This document shows, in pieces, positions 8,604 to 19,547 of a DNA stretch of 64,000 bases (positions are counted from its first letter, which is position 1; the number at the start of each line of letters is the position of its first letter). The notes beneath the pieces were generated by a model, which did not search any database, was not told the origin of the DNA, and saw only the letters and a program-made list of their open reading frames with translations. The stretch is from NCBI GenBank assembly GCA_964606285.1, contig CAZSFP010000001.1, forward strand, positions 5,376-69,375. The letters run 5' to 3'. Source of the stretch: an uncultured Candidatus Saccharibacteria bacterium (GTDB lineage: Bacteria > Patescibacteriota > Minisyncoccia > Phycocordibacterales > UBA9973). A program made the position numbers and the translations under genes.

Positions 8604-9812
8604 ATGACATTTTTCAAGAAAAAAAGAATATATGCTGATTTTGCCGGCGCAACACCGGTTGATTCTTCGGTCATGAAAGTTTTTGTTCGAACACTCGCGT
8701 TGTATGCCAATCCGCACGGCCTCTCGCGTGACTCACTTGATGCTCGAGTAGTCCTTGAACAGAGTCGTGAGACGGTTGCCAAACACTTTGGTATGCGGCC
8801 ACAGGAAATCATTTTTACCAGCGGTGGCACTGAAGGGGACAATCTCGCTATCTTGGGTGTGGTCAATCATTTCCGACGGAATAATCCTGGAAAGATACCG
8901 CATATCATCACGAGTGTAATAGAACATAGTGCTGTTCGCGAAACATGTCGTACTTTATGTCGATACAAACTTATTACTCTCGATGAAATTCCTGTCGATA
9001 AACACGGTGTTATTGATCTATCGTTATTTAAAAAGGCGTGTACAAAAGAAACGGTTCTTGTCTCTATTCAATACGCCAACAGTGAGATCGGAACAATCCA
9101 GCCACTTGTTGAGATTGCAAAAGTTATCCGCCATGTAAGAAAAGAATCTGGAGCTGCGTATCCAATATTTCATACTGATGCCGCACAGGCGGTCGCGTAT
9201 TGTCCGATTCATATTCCAAAACTCGGCGTGGATCTTCTCTCATCAAACGGTGGCAAGATCTATGCACCGAAACAAACTGGTATTCTTGTTGTTAAGACTG
9301 GTACACCGATCGATCCCGTCATGTATGGTGGCAATCAAGAGTTTGGTCTTCGAGCAGGAACAGTATCTGTCGCGCATGCAGCGGCATATGCAGAAGCATT
9401 GACTATTGCCGTGTCACACAAAGACAAAGAATTTGCACGACTCTGCAATTTGCAATCATATCTTACAAACGCTCTTTCAAAAGTTTCAGGAATAACATTC
9501 AATAGTACAGCAGATGAACAATTGCCGACGATCGTCAATATTTCTGTTCATGGTGTACCGAGTGATCGACTCATGATCGAACTCGATGCACAGGGAATCA
9601 CTGTTTCAGAGAAAAGTGCATGTAAGAGTGATGACTCCGCACCGTCATATGTTATAACGGCACTTGGACATGATGGAACGGATGGTAGTCTACGGATCAG
9701 TATCGGTGTTCCGACGACAAAAAAGGATATTGATCGTATTATTTCATCACTCAGTTCGATCATTTCCCGTATTCGGCAAGAAAAAGAAAAATATGCTAAA
9801 ATAAGATTATAG
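8604..9812 (+). CDS. cysteine desulfurase / class V aminotransferase family protein
   Basis: ANPHGLSRDS..IIFTSGGTEGDNLAI..HIITSVIEHSAV; PLP-lysine region ..SSNGGKIYAPKQTGIL; ~400 aa, as in IscS/NifS-like enzymes. Confidence 0.85.
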   Translation: MTFFKKKRIYADFAGATPVDSSVMKVFVRTLALYANPHGLSRDSLDARVVLEQSRETVAKHFGMRPQEIIFTSGGTEGDNLAILGVVNHFRRNNPGKIPHIITSVIEHSAVRETCRTLCRYKLITLDEIPVDKHGVIDLSLFKKACTKETVLVSIQYANSEIGTIQPLVEIAKVIRHVRKESGAAYPIFHTDAAQAVAYCPIHIPKLGVDLLSSNGGKIYAPKQTGILVVKTGTPIDPVMYGGNQEFGLRAGTVSVAHAAAYAEALTIAVSHKDKEFARLCNLQSYLTNALSKVSGITFNSTADEQLPTIVNISVHGVPSDRLMIELDAQGITVSEKSACKSDDSAPSYVITALGHDGTDGSLRISIGVPTTKKDIDRIISSLSSIISRIRQEKEKYAKIRL

Positions 9813-9926
9813 TGAGTAGGTTATAGGCTCCCGATTTCTTAGATTGTAATCAATCTGTGGAAATCGCAGTCCTGTTAAGGAGTATAGTCATTTTGATTTT
9901 TACATTTTAACTTTTAACTAATTATT

Positions 9927-12608
9927 ATGCCTCCATTCAATCATTTCACAACCAAAGCAAAAGACGCTATCCGTCGGGCACATGAACTCGCTATCGAGCG
10001 GGGACAGAACCATGTCGGATCGCTCCATCTTCTCACTGCACTTTTGCTCCAAGAAGAAAGTCTCGTTATATCCATCCTTGAACGTCTCGAAGTCGATACG
10101 ATTCTTTTAACTGATTCTTTGATCGAATCGATTGAAGCTCCAGAAGCTCGTCAAACATTGTCGCCATCGTATCAGATGTATCTCACGCCGGACCTCGCGC
10201 AGATCATCGAACATTCGAGCAAGGTTGCTCAACACATGAAAGACGAATTTGTTTCTGTTGAACATCTGTTTGTTGCGATGCTTGAAATCGCTGGTGAATC
10301 ACGAGAACTGCTCGCACGATTCCGTCTCAACCGTGATCAAGTTGTACATATCATCGAAGAATTCCGCAATCAGACGATCGTTGATACTGGTAATTCCAAA
10401 AAGACCCGCATGATCGGCAAATTTACACGTAATCTCACAGACATGGCGCGTGCTGACAAGCTCGATCCGGTCATCGGTCGTGATACTGAAATCATGCGAC
10501 TCATGCAGATTTTGTCTCGTCGTACAAAAAACAATCCGATTCTGATCGGTGAAGCGGGAACTGGAAAGACTGCTGTTGTCGAAGGACTTGCGATTCGTAT
10601 CGCGCGTGGTGATGTTTCTGAATCTCTCAAAGACAAAGAAATCGTCTCACTCGATTTGGGATCACTTCTCGCGGGAACAAAATACCGCGGTGAATTCGAA
10701 GAACGACTCAAGGGCATCATGAAAGAAATCGAAAAAGCAGAAGGAAAAATTATTCTTTTTGTTGACGAAATTCATACGATTGTCGGTGCCGGTGCTGCTG
10801 AGGGATCGATGGATGCATCAAACATGTTGAAGCCTGCACTTGCTCGCGGTGAACTTCGTGCGATCGGTGCAACAACACTCAAGGAATACCAAAAGCATAT
10901 TGAAAAAGACCCTGCACTTGCTCGTCGCTTTCAGCCAGTTTTTGTCGAAGAACCATCACAAGAAGACACGATCGCGATTCTCCGTGGTCTCAAAGAAAAG
11001 TATGAACTCTTTCATGGTGTTCGCATTACTGACGAAGCGATTCGTGCTGCAGTCAATTTTTCAACGCGCTATATTACGAACCGTTACTTGCCGGACAAGG
11101 CTGTTGACCTCATCGATGAAGCATCTTCATCTCTCCGTATGACACTTGAAAACAAACCAACGCTCCTCGAAGAAACGGATCGCAAAATCATGCGTTTTGA
11201 AATCGAACGGGAGGCATTGCGCAAGGAAATCGACCGAAGTAATCTTTCGTCCGAAGCGGCAGATGCCAAAGACCGCATGAAGCACATCGAAAAAGAAATG
11301 GCGGAACTTCGCGATACGACAAAAGAACTTCGCCTCAAGTGGCAAAATGAAAAAGACATTCTCACGGTCATAAAATCATGCAAAAAAGAATTGGAAACGC
11401 TTCGTCTCGAAGCTGAAAATGCAGAACAACGTGCTGATCTCGGCGTTGCCGCGGAGATTCGTTATGGCAAAATTCCGCTCAAGGAAAAAGAACTCGCAAC
11501 CGCATCTGAAAAATTGAAAAAACTCCAGAAATCTCGCCGTATTCTCAAGGAAGAAATTACCGAAGAAGATATCGCGTCTGTCGTGTCCCGATGGACCGGC
11601 ATTCCACTCAATACGATGCTTGAAGAAGAACGCACCAAACTCGCGCGTATGGAAGAAGAACTCCGTAAACGTGTTGTCGGTCAAGATGAGACATTGGTCA
11701 AAATCGCCGATGTTGTTCGCCGATCCCGCGCCGGAATATCTGATCCCAATCGTCCGATCGGTTCATTCATCTTCCTCGGTCCGACTGGTGTGGGTAAAAC
11801 AGAGTTGACCAAGGCGCTCGCACAATTCATGTTCAATGACGAGAAATCTCTTATCCGTGTCGATATGAGTGAATACATGGAAAAGCACTCTGTCTCGAAA
11901 CTTATCGGTTCTCCACCAGGCTATGTCGGTCATGATGAATCAGGACAGCTCACTGAAGCGATTCGTCACCGACCATACTCTGTCGTTCTCTTTGATGAGA
12001 TCGAAAAAGCACATCCGGAAGTATTCAACACACTACTCCAAGTCCTCGATGACGGTCGTCTCACAGACTCAAAAGGTCGTGTGGTGAATTTCAAAAATGC
12101 GATCATCATCATGACATCGAACATCGGTTCCGAACATATTCAGAAAATGGAAATGATGGGATTCTCGACAAATAATGATTCAGAAAATTATGTCCAGACA
12201 AAAGACAAAGTCATGGAACGATTGAAAGAACATTTCCGTCCAGAATTTATCAACCGTGTCGATGAGATCGTTATCTTTGATATTCTCTCTGCTCCAGTCA
12301 TCAAACAAATCGTCTCGCTCCGTGTCGATGCAGTTCGTGAACGTCTCATGAACAAAGGCATCACACTGTCAGTCGATGAAAATGCGCTTGAATATCTCGC
12401 CAAGGAAGGCTACAAGCCTGAGTATGGCGCACGGCCGCTCAATCGTCTCATTCAGAACAAGATCCTCAATCCTATTGCAACAGCCATCATCACGAACGAT
12501 CTCGGCGAAGGCGCAGTTGTAACCGTTCAAGGTAAAGGCGACACACTTCTCGTAGAAACGAAACAAAAAGGGAAGAAGGTGAAGAAGAAAGAAGAAGTGA
12601 AAGTATAA
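9927..12608 (+). CDS. clpB: ATP-dependent chaperone ClpB
   Basis: Clp N-domain; two AAA+ modules (GEAGTGKTA.. and GPTGVGKTE..) separated by a long coiled-coil middle domain. 893 aa. Confidence 0.93.
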   Translation: MPPFNHFTTKAKDAIRRAHELAIERGQNHVGSLHLLTALLLQEESLVISILERLEVDTILLTDSLIESIEAPEARQTLSPSYQMYLTPDLAQIIEHSSKVAQHMKDEFVSVEHLFVAMLEIAGESRELLARFRLNRDQVVHIIEEFRNQTIVDTGNSKKTRMIGKFTRNLTDMARADKLDPVIGRDTEIMRLMQILSRRTKNNPILIGEAGTGKTAVVEGLAIRIARGDVSESLKDKEIVSLDLGSLLAGTKYRGEFEERLKGIMKEIEKAEGKIILFVDEIHTIVGAGAAEGSMDASNMLKPALARGELRAIGATTLKEYQKHIEKDPALARRFQPVFVEEPSQEDTIAILRGLKEKYELFHGVRITDEAIRAAVNFSTRYITNRYLPDKAVDLIDEASSSLRMTLENKPTLLEETDRKIMRFEIEREALRKEIDRSNLSSEAADAKDRMKHIEKEMAELRDTTKELRLKWQNEKDILTVIKSCKKELETLRLEAENAEQRADLGVAAEIRYGKIPLKEKELATASEKLKKLQKSRRILKEEITEEDIASVVSRWTGIPLNTMLEEERTKLARMEEELRKRVVGQDETLVKIADVVRRSRAGISDPNRPIGSFIFLGPTGVGKTELTKALAQFMFNDEKSLIRVDMSEYMEKHSVSKLIGSPPGYVGHDESGQLTEAIRHRPYSVVLFDEIEKAHPEVFNTLLQVLDDGRLTDSKGRVVNFKNAIIIMTSNIGSEHIQKMEMMGFSTNNDSENYVQTKDKVMERLKEHFRPEFINRVDEIVIFDILSAPVIKQIVSLRVDAVRERLMNKGITLSVDENALEYLAKEGYKPEYGARPLNRLIQNKILNPIATAIITNDLGEGAVVTVQGKGDTLLVETKQKGKKVKKKEEVKV

Positions 12609-12620
12609 TAAATATAAATA

Positions 12621-12650
12621 AAAAATTCCCGAATATTCGGGAATTTTTTA
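12621..12650 (+). terminator. rho-independent terminator after clpB
   Basis: aattcccgaatattcgggaatt perfect hairpin followed by a T-run. Confidence 0.75.
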
Positions 12651-12705
12651 TTATGTACAATTATAAATATATATGGTAATGTGACAAAAAATAAAAATAT
12701 AGAAA

Positions 12706-13332
12706 ATGATAGAAGATCAAAATTTCCCTAAATTACCAAAGCGATTTATTGAACATGATGTGATCACCAATATGAAGACTGGAGATATAGGTTATATTCA
12801 CAGAGGGTTTGCTTTTAAACTTGATGAAAATAGAAATCTCTGGGTTTCCAAAAACCAAGAATTTGACACTATTCCAGATTCTGATTCGGATAATGACGAT
12901 GATTCAGATAAATCAATGAGATTATTGAGATTAGATAAGAATGTCAAAATAGAAAAAACCGAATCTGGGTACAAATTGTATATATATGAATATTTTGAAT
13001 TTTTATGGGAAAAACGTTTCAACTGCTCTTCTTTATCAGATTGTAATTCCAGTATTAAAAAGAATTGTTCTTGCAAACAGGAAATCAGACAAAATCTTTT
13101 CAATAAGGAAGAAATGGATGATGAACAAAAAAAGAAATATGTTTGTATTACAGAATTTGATAAACCAGGAAAGAAAATCAATGACCCAATATTTCTCCAG
13201 AATTTGAATACTGAAACAGTTGCAGAATTAAAAACGGAAGAATTGGAGAAAATACTGAGAAATAGTTTAGATGATGAATTGTATGAAGTAGCAAATATAG
13301 TTCGAATCGAATTAGATAAAAGAAAAAATTAA
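12706..13332 (+). CDS. hypothetical acidic protein (AT-rich gene)
   Basis: ORF only; no recognisable motif; D/E/K-rich. Lies between the clpB terminator and the tRNA-Tyr-associated repeats. Confidence 0.5.
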   Translation: MIEDQNFPKLPKRFIEHDVITNMKTGDIGYIHRGFAFKLDENRNLWVSKNQEFDTIPDSDSDNDDDSDKSMRLLRLDKNVKIEKTESGYKLYIYEYFEFLWEKRFNCSSLSDCNSSIKKNCSCKQEIRQNLFNKEEMDDEQKKKYVCITEFDKPGKKINDPIFLQNLNTETVAELKTEELEKILRNSLDDELYEVANIVRIELDKRKN

Positions 13333-13372
13333 ATTCATATATAATCAAAAATACCCACGTTTGTGGGTATTT

Positions 13373-13392
13373 TATTTGTGCGCCGGGAAGGA
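13373..13392 (+). repeat. direct repeat of the tRNA-Tyr 3' end plus 8 nt of flank
   Basis: ttattt-gtgcgccgggaagga repeats 13556-13578; the last 14 nt are the tRNA-Tyr 3' terminus (minus strand). Confidence 0.7.
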
Positions 13393-13564
13393 ATTTCTCC
13401 CTCGACTCTCACTTCGCCGTCGCTCAGTTCGGTCTGGGCACCAGCTCGTCCGTTTTCAAAGCTTTGAAAACATGACTCCGCTGTTCGAATCCTTCATGCA
13501 ATACAAGCAGTTGTATTGCTCTGGCGCACAAAATAAAAAACCGCATAAAGCGGTTCTTATTTTG

Positions 13565-13647
13565 TGCGCCGGGAAGGATTCGAACCTTCGAAGCCCAAGG
13601 GCGGGAGATTTACAGTCTCCTGTGATAGACCACTCCACCACCGACGC
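13565..13647 (-). tRNA. tRNA-Tyr (anticodon GTA)
   Basis: Reverse complement: GCGTCGG..GGAGA-CTGTAAA-TCTCC..long variable arm..GAAGGTTCGAATCCTTC-CCGGCGC-A. Confidence 0.88.
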
Positions 13648-13732
13648 ATATCCTAACAAACTCTACAGTATCAGATTTTCTTCTGAGAAACAAGACATTG
13701 CAATGGAGATTTAAACAGAGTACTATTGAATC

Positions 13733-14056
13733 ATGACTATAAAAGAAATACCAGATTTTGGACGACCTGTTAGTCCTAGGAATCCACAAATGGAAGAATT
13801 TATAAAGGGTGTTTTTGAACGACATCCTGATGCAGTGCAAAAGAAAACTGAGTTACTTGCATTGCTCAATACCGATCCGTTTGATGATATAAAATTTAGA
13901 GATGAAATTCATACATGGGAAGAAAAAACTAAAGCTGAAAAAGGATACGAGGGACAATCCTCTCAAATTGAAAAAGTAAGGGGGAAGCATGGGAGATTGA
14001 AGATTTATCACTTTTTGGGGTCAGATTCTGTTATGTTTGGTTTTGACTTTTCCTAA
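13733..14056 (+). CDS. hypothetical protein
   Basis: ORF only; AT-rich. Confidence 0.45.
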   Translation: MTIKEIPDFGRPVSPRNPQMEEFIKGVFERHPDAVQKKTELLALLNTDPFDDIKFRDEIHTWEEKTKAEKGYEGQSSQIEKVRGKHGRLKIYHFLGSDSVMFGFDFS

Positions 14057-14127
14057 TCTCCTTATAAAAAGTAATTATACTTGTAGAACTTGCAAAAAAA
14101 TGGGTTTTCAGGTACTATCATCCCATC

Positions 14128-14283
14128 ATGTCAAAAGAGAAACTCATAAAACTCGTGAACAAAAAAACCGGTGCGACGTACTTTACGCGCAAGAACCGCA
14201 AGTCTGTTACTCGTAAAATGGAGTACAAGAAATTCGACAAAGTCCTCCGCAAGCGTGTCGTCTTCAAAGAACAGAAAGTCTAG
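14128..14283 (+). CDS. rpmG: 50S ribosomal protein L33
   Basis: 51-aa ORF MSKEKLIKLVNKKTGATYFTRKNRKSVTRKMEYKKFDKVLRKRVVFKEQKV matches the L33 pattern (..Y.T.KN.R..P.KLE.KKYDP..RKHV.YKE.K). Absent from the ORF track because it is under 60 aa. Confidence 0.88.
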   Translation: MSKEKLIKLVNKKTGATYFTRKNRKSVTRKMEYKKFDKVLRKRVVFKEQKV

Positions 14284-14465
14284 TCTAGAAAGAGGCTCCC
14301 GAGCTTCATTTCCACCAAATCTTTTGCTATACTTCGAGAACGAAAAAGATTTATTCTTTTTCGTTTGTTCTTTGTGAATCGGGACGATACATTCGTGTAT
14401 TCTCCCATGGGCTCGGGTGATTATTATTGTCCCCGAGTTACCGGTCCTGCACTTGTGTAGGACAG

Positions 14466-14536
14466 GGGCGATTAGTTTAGTGGTAGAACAGCGGTCTCCA
14501 AAACCGCTGGCGGGGGTTCGATTCCCTCATCGCCCG
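14466..14536 (+). tRNA. tRNA-Trp (anticodon CCA)
   Basis: Acceptor GGGCGAT/ATCGCCC, anticodon stem GCGGT/ACCGC with loop CTCCAAA, T-arm GGGGG-TTCGATT-CCCTC. The rpmG then tRNA-Trp order is conserved. Confidence 0.88.
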
Positions 14537-14592
14537 CACTGTTTTTTTTGTGTATATATCACACGAGGTTCGAATCCTCAGAGACTCACAAT

Positions 14593-15289
14593 TATGCAAT
14601 CCTCATCTACATTTTGGAATAAAGAATACAAGAAACCGAAACACTTGAAACTCTCAGACGAACCGAGTGCGGATTTGGTCATCTTTGAAGCGTGGATGGA
14701 AAAGACTATGGGTGAAGGAATTTTCAACCACCTAACACTCCTTGATGTTGGCTGTGGGAACGGACGCAACAGTCTTTATCTCGCGAACAAATATGGTATG
14801 AAAGGATATGGATTTGATATTTCAGGCGAAGCCATCATGCAGGCGAAAAAGCTCAATCCAAAGGGCAGTGGTATTATTTTTGCGATCGGTGACATTGCCG
14901 AACCATTGCCGATCAAAGACGGTTCGATCGGGCTGGTGCTCGATCTGATGACGTCACACTTTCTCGATGAATCTGGTCGTGAGCGCTACATGCAGGAACT
15001 TGTGCGTGTTCTCGAGCCGCGCGGTATGGTTCTCTGGAAAACATTTCTCAAAGACGAAGACATACATTCGACCGATCTTCTCAAACGGTATGGCACTAGT
15101 GAAAAGAATAGTTATATTCATCCAAAGATCGGTGTGCAGGAGCACGTCTTTACCGAGGACGAATTTCGCGATTATGTTGAACCGTATTTTACTGTTGAAG
15201 CGATCAAACGTTCCCATGGTCATCGCACTGATGATGGTCGCAAAGGCAAGCGCCGGTACCTCGTCGCCTATCTTTCAAAGAAAAATTAG
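14593..15289 (+). CDS. class I SAM-dependent methyltransferase
   Basis: LLDVGCGNGRNSLYLA (motif I) ..GFDIS.. and motif II region. The ORF-track start at 14417 is an extension across the tRNA-Trp. Confidence 0.8.
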
Positions 15290-15407
15290 TCTGTATATAT
15301 TAAAAAACATTATATTATTATACATAATGATATAATAAAAAATTTCATACAATATTTGCAAAATTTTGTAAATAAGCTAAAGTGAGGAAAACACAATATA
15401 TATAGCG

Positions 15408-16292
15408 ATGGATATGCCAGATATATCATTCCTTGAAAAATCACTAAGTAAAAAATTAATTAAAGATCTTTATTCATTTTTGATTGGAAAAGAAGGAATA
15501 GTAGGTGACTTATTTGAATTTGTAGACCATCTAAAAATGAGAGGTGAACATGATAGTCTCTTTTACAATATTGAAGAGAATGATCTCAAAGAGCCTCTCA
15601 TATTGAGCTATCTACTTCTCGATAGAGAATTTTTCTTCCACACCATTCTTTTTTGTTTGGAAACAAGAAATACAAATATTCAAAAAGCGTGCATGAGAGT
15701 GCTGACTTCTCAAGATTTTGCGGCTCTATGGGAAGAGAACTATCCAGAAGAATCTTTAGAAAAGAAAATCGCATCTTTACTTGTCTGTGAACATAAACAA
15801 GTTGCATTCATTAGTCTTCTTTTTCGTTATCAAAAAGATGTAGGAGAAGAATTTTTTCACGATATGTTTTATCTGCATCTTGATGACTGTTCTGAAGGAG
15901 TTTTTTGCAAAAAACTTGTCTATGCGAGCGTCATCCATTATCGGAACTGTAAAAAAGTAACGGATATATTTTGGAAAAAAGAAGAACGTGAAATAACTAC
16001 TATGTTTTTCTTTCTGAGTTCAATACCCACTTTTCATCAGATTGCGTATTTAAAATATTGGATGATTGAAGATCTCCCTCGTATATATCTCAAAGAGGAA
16101 TACGATGAACTCATCTCAGGAGTATATCATCGGATAAAAGACGATGTAGGTATATACTTTCATTTCAAACATATGCTTGAGTGGATGAATATTCTCATTG
16201 TCAAAGGGGGTTGGGATGAACCACTATTTAATCTTGCGTTATATCCTTTTATCAATCCTTTGCAACTCACTTTTTCTTTTGATGAAAAATAA
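15408..16292 (+). CDS. hypothetical protein
   Basis: ORF only. Confidence 0.5.
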   Translation: MDMPDISFLEKSLSKKLIKDLYSFLIGKEGIVGDLFEFVDHLKMRGEHDSLFYNIEENDLKEPLILSYLLLDREFFFHTILFCLETRNTNIQKACMRVLTSQDFAALWEENYPEESLEKKIASLLVCEHKQVAFISLLFRYQKDVGEEFFHDMFYLHLDDCSEGVFCKKLVYASVIHYRNCKKVTDIFWKKEEREITTMFFFLSSIPTFHQIAYLKYWMIEDLPRIYLKEEYDELISGVYHRIKDDVGIYFHFKHMLEWMNILIVKGGWDEPLFNLALYPFINPLQLTFSFDEK

Positions 16293-16358
16293 ATACAAAA
16301 TCCCTTGCTTTGTAAGGGATTTTTTTGTTAATAATTCATTCTATAATTCTATAGAATA

Positions 16359-17273
16359 TTAGAATGAATTCTTGAGGAATTTCTTCACTTCCTGCAGAGA
16401 CTTTTTCACATCAGATTTTTTTCTCGGGTCAATCCAGACGATATCTGTGTTTCGTTTGAACCAGGTTTTCTGGCGTTTTGCATAGTGCCAGATAGCGGTT
16501 TCAAGCTGGGTGAGCATTTCTTCTTTTGAAAGTTTTCCTGTGAGATGATCCGCCATGAATCGATATTCGAGCCCAAGTTCACGCATTCGTTTCCATGATA
16601 ATCCTTTTGCGTGTAAATTTTTTGCTTCGTCGAGCATCCCATCTTTTATTCTTGAAAGCAGACGAGTATGAATTTTTTCTTTCAATATGTCATCAGGAAG
16701 TGCGAGGCCAACAGAGAGAACATCATAGATATTTTTTTTCTTGAAAACAGGAACTGATCCGAGTGCAGTTGCGATCTCGATCGCACGAATGAGTCGAACA
16801 GGATTATGTTGATCTATTGTTTCTGCACGAACAGGATCAAGTTTTTTTAATAAAACGAGTAATTGATCTTTTGTTTTTAATTCCAATTTTTTACGAAGCA
16901 CTTTATTTTCTGGAACTTCTGGGAGATGTATCGTACCGAGAAGCGTATCGATATAAAATCCCGTACCACCACAGATGATCGGTATATGTCCGCGATCTAT
17001 GATTTCCTGTATTTTTTTCTCTGCTTGTAATTTGAAATCACTGACCGAGAAAATTTTCTTGGGTGAAATGACATCGAGGAGATGATGGGGAATACTTTGC
17101 ATTTCTTTCTTTGTGATCTTACCACTCCCGATATCGAGTCCGATGTAGACTTGCCGGGAATCGGCAGAAATAATTTCGCCACTGATTTCCCTGGCGATCT
17201 GCACGGCAAAATCACTCTTGCCGGTGGCTGTCTGTCCGCATATGACGATGAGTTTCGGTTTTTTCACACTCAC
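16359..17273 (-). CDS. miaA: tRNA dimethylallyltransferase
   Basis: LIVICGQTATGKSDFAVQIA..ISADSRQVY..DIGSGK: P-loop and MiaA signature. Confidence 0.9.
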   Translation of the reverse strand: MSVKKPKLIVICGQTATGKSDFAVQIAREISGEIISADSRQVYIGLDIGSGKITKKEMQSIPHHLLDVISPKKIFSVSDFKLQAEKKIQEIIDRGHIPIICGGTGFYIDTLLGTIHLPEVPENKVLRKKLELKTKDQLLVLLKKLDPVRAETIDQHNPVRLIRAIEIATALGSVPVFKKKNIYDVLSVGLALPDDILKEKIHTRLLSRIKDGMLDEAKNLHAKGLSWKRMRELGLEYRFMADHLTGKLSKEEMLTQLETAIWHYAKRQKTWFKRNTDIVWIDPRKKSDVKKSLQEVKKFLKNSF

Positions 17274-17353
17274 AGAGTAACAATTTCAGAGACAGAGAGA
17301 TACTTGACATATGCCGTATCATTTGCATAATAGAAGAAAAAAATAGTGAAATA

Positions 17354-17845
17354 ATGATCGAAGAAAAACCACCCATGTCTGCTCTTGAAAAATCAAAAGC
17401 AGTGTTCGCAGAAATCGAGAGCAATCCAGAAAAGAAGAAAAAATTTGAAGCAGAAATACATAAATTTGTAGAAAAATGTAGAAATAAAGAAAAATTAAGG
17501 AAAGAAAGAAGGGCAATATATTTTCAGAAATTCAATCAACTGTTTCGAACTGTCGGGGTGTTTGATCCAATACTTACAGTGTTGATAGAAAAATATCAAA
17601 ACAGAAGATCTTTGCTTGGTGATGAAAGAAAGCAGATTGAAGAAGAATTGGCTTGTATTGTCCAGTATGTGATGAAAAAGGGTATTCGTCTTTCGTATGA
17701 AATGGGAAAACGAGGAATCATGTCAAAGCCTATTTACCGTTCTTTTCGGTTTGAAGGATATATTTTTTACACTTCAAGAATAGAAAATCATCGTTCATAT
17801 ACGATACTAAAAGACGATGAATTTCAGGTTATGGGGGTCTGGTAA
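17354..17845 (+). CDS. hypothetical K/E-rich protein
   Basis: ORF only. Confidence 0.5.
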   Translation: MIEEKPPMSALEKSKAVFAEIESNPEKKKKFEAEIHKFVEKCRNKEKLRKERRAIYFQKFNQLFRTVGVFDPILTVLIEKYQNRRSLLGDERKQIEEELACIVQYVMKKGIRLSYEMGKRGIMSKPIYRSFRFEGYIFYTSRIENHRSYTILKDDEFQVMGVW

Positions 17846-17855
17846 TTGTTTCCAT

Positions 17856-17886
17856 AAAAATCCCGCAAATATGCGGGATTTTTTTA
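17856..17886. terminator. bidirectional rho-independent terminator between convergent genes
   Basis: aaatcccgcaaatatgcgggattt hairpin with flanking A and T runs. Confidence 0.7.
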
Positions 17887-18822
17887 TTTTTTATAATCTT
17901 TTTCCATAAAATCATACACAACCTTTGCAAATTTTTTTATTGGAAAATGATTTGATGGTGATATTGATTTTCGAACCGTAAGCAGTGCAATAACATATTT
18001 TGAATTTTTACCCGTAACAACTCCAGCATCATTGCTCCAGCGAATAACCGCCCATCCCTTTTTAAGGATATTTTTTATACCGGCGAAAAATCCATATTCC
18101 CAGAAATTCGTTCCGAGCCACCCTCCTTTTCGATAATATTGCTTGTATTCATCTATATATAATCCGCTTCTTCCTAATCTATTCCATAACAGCATATTTT
18201 CTTTTAGAGTTTTTGAAACAAATGGACTCACAAGTCTTTCTGTTTCAATCAAATAAAAGAATTCTGCAAGATGTCGGGCACAGGTCAGTGTTGTTGAGGA
18301 AAATTGATATGGTTTGTCTTCTTTTATACGATCAAGGAATTTTCTTGTAACTTCACTTCCGTGCCAATTGTATGTATGAATAATGTTTTTCGTAATATTT
18401 TCTCTTCCAACGAGATCTATCAGAGTATTTGATGCTGTGTTGTCACTCCGCATAAGCATCAATGCAAGTAAGTATTTGATAGTAACTTTTTGTCCTGCTT
18501 GAAGTAATGGACGCGTATCTCCTGGAAATATTTTTGCATCTTTGTCGACATCGTTCGGTGATTTTATTTGAACTGTTTGTTCAAATGAAAAATCTCCTAG
18601 TTCAACTTTCCTTAATGTCTCGGCTCCAATAAAGACTTTATATATAGATGCTGGATAAATAAAATGATCCATGTTACAGCCAAAAATCTCAGATTGATAT
18701 AGATCAATAATAGCCACACCTATTTCATCCTTAAGAAAATTATTTTCTTTAAGAAGTTTTGATAGTTTTTCAGTTTTAGTTTTATTTTCCTGCATGAATG
18801 ATGATTCCTTGGACGGGGACAC
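17884..18822 (-). CDS. class A beta-lactamase-like serine hydrolase
   Basis: SxxK (ASIYK), SDN (RSDNTASN) and a following KxG-like region in beta-lactamase order. Confidence 0.6.
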   Translation of the reverse strand: MSPSKESSFMQENKTKTEKLSKLLKENNFLKDEIGVAIIDLYQSEIFGCNMDHFIYPASIYKVFIGAETLRKVELGDFSFEQTVQIKSPNDVDKDAKIFPGDTRPLLQAGQKVTIKYLLALMLMRSDNTASNTLIDLVGRENITKNIIHTYNWHGSEVTRKFLDRIKEDKPYQFSSTTLTCARHLAEFFYLIETERLVSPFVSKTLKENMLLWNRLGRSGLYIDEYKQYYRKGGWLGTNFWEYGFFAGIKNILKKGWAVIRWSNDAGVVTGKNSKYVIALLTVRKSISPSNHFPIKKFAKVVYDFMEKDYKK

Positions 18823-19327
18823 GTTCGATTTTTGCTATGATAAGTCCAGTTCCTGTGATAAGAGATAACAATTCAGATTCGGTCCATGTATGAACGCGAT
18901 CCAAACAAAGAATCCGTGTTTTGAATAAGAGAGTTTTGAGTATATTTGTTTTCGGGGCAATTTCCAATATGAAAAGTAGGCCATTATCTTTCAAAAGAGT
19001 TTTCACTTTTTCAAGTGTTCTCTTCGGGTCGGTCATGTGATGAAGTGACAAAGAAAAGATGATGATGTCGAAACTGCCTGCTGGCAGATCAATGGTTTCA
19101 AAATCTCCAACAATGCCAATTCCAGCATATTCTTTGCTGATTTCTTTATCTATACCAGTGATGCGGACATCCGGATATGTATCCAGAATTATTTTCTCGA
19201 GGAATCCTTCGCCACAGCCAACATTGAGTATCTGTTGCGAGACAGCGATTTTACTTTCCAATTCTTTAAAAATTTTCTTCGCCCGTTCCTTTTTCTTTTT
19301 CTTGCTTGCCCAAAAAAGATAATTCAT
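18782..19327 (-). CDS. SAM-dependent methyltransferase (type 11-like)
   Basis: ILNVGCGEGFLEKIILDTYPDVRITGIDKE motif I. Start taken at the internal Met (MNYLFWA..); the upstream part of the ORF-track frame is probably untranslated. Confidence 0.75.
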   Translation of the reverse strand: MNYLFWASKKKKKERAKKIFKELESKIAVSQQILNVGCGEGFLEKIILDTYPDVRITGIDKEISKEYAGIGIVGDFETIDLPAGSFDIIIFSLSLHHMTDPKRTLEKVKTLLKDNGLLFILEIAPKTNILKTLLFKTRILCLDRVHTWTESELLSLITGTGLIIAKIERVPVQGIIIHAGK

Positions 19328-19547
19328 GAGATTAAAATTAATTGTGACCGGGGATGTCTTGGTCACAAAGTTACTAAGTCTGCTCGAATGATTACATCCT
19401 GTGCGGACTAAGTACTCGCGACCCCGCCTCGGCGACAAGTATTCCGTATGCTCGGAATCTTGTATACCGCCTGCGGCTTTCAAGTCTCTCCTCCGCGCTA
19501 CAAAAATATAGTCGCTCGATGTATACACATCGGACTTCTTATTTTTG

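Noticed and set aside
14417-14592. N-terminal extension of the methyltransferase ORF (ORF track start 14417)
   Set aside because: The extension runs through the tRNA-Trp gene; the conserved methyltransferase begins at the ATG at 14593. Same reasoning applies to 5331-5423 (msrA extension over tRNA-Leu) and 19328-19528 (methyltransferase extension).
19059-19322. ORF 'MMMSKLPAGRSMVS..' and the ctgcctgctggcag motif as a third palindrome copy
   Set aside because: Only a partial match to the 20-bp palindrome, and it lies in the plausible native DLPAGSFD region of the minus-strand methyltransferase; treated as coincidental.
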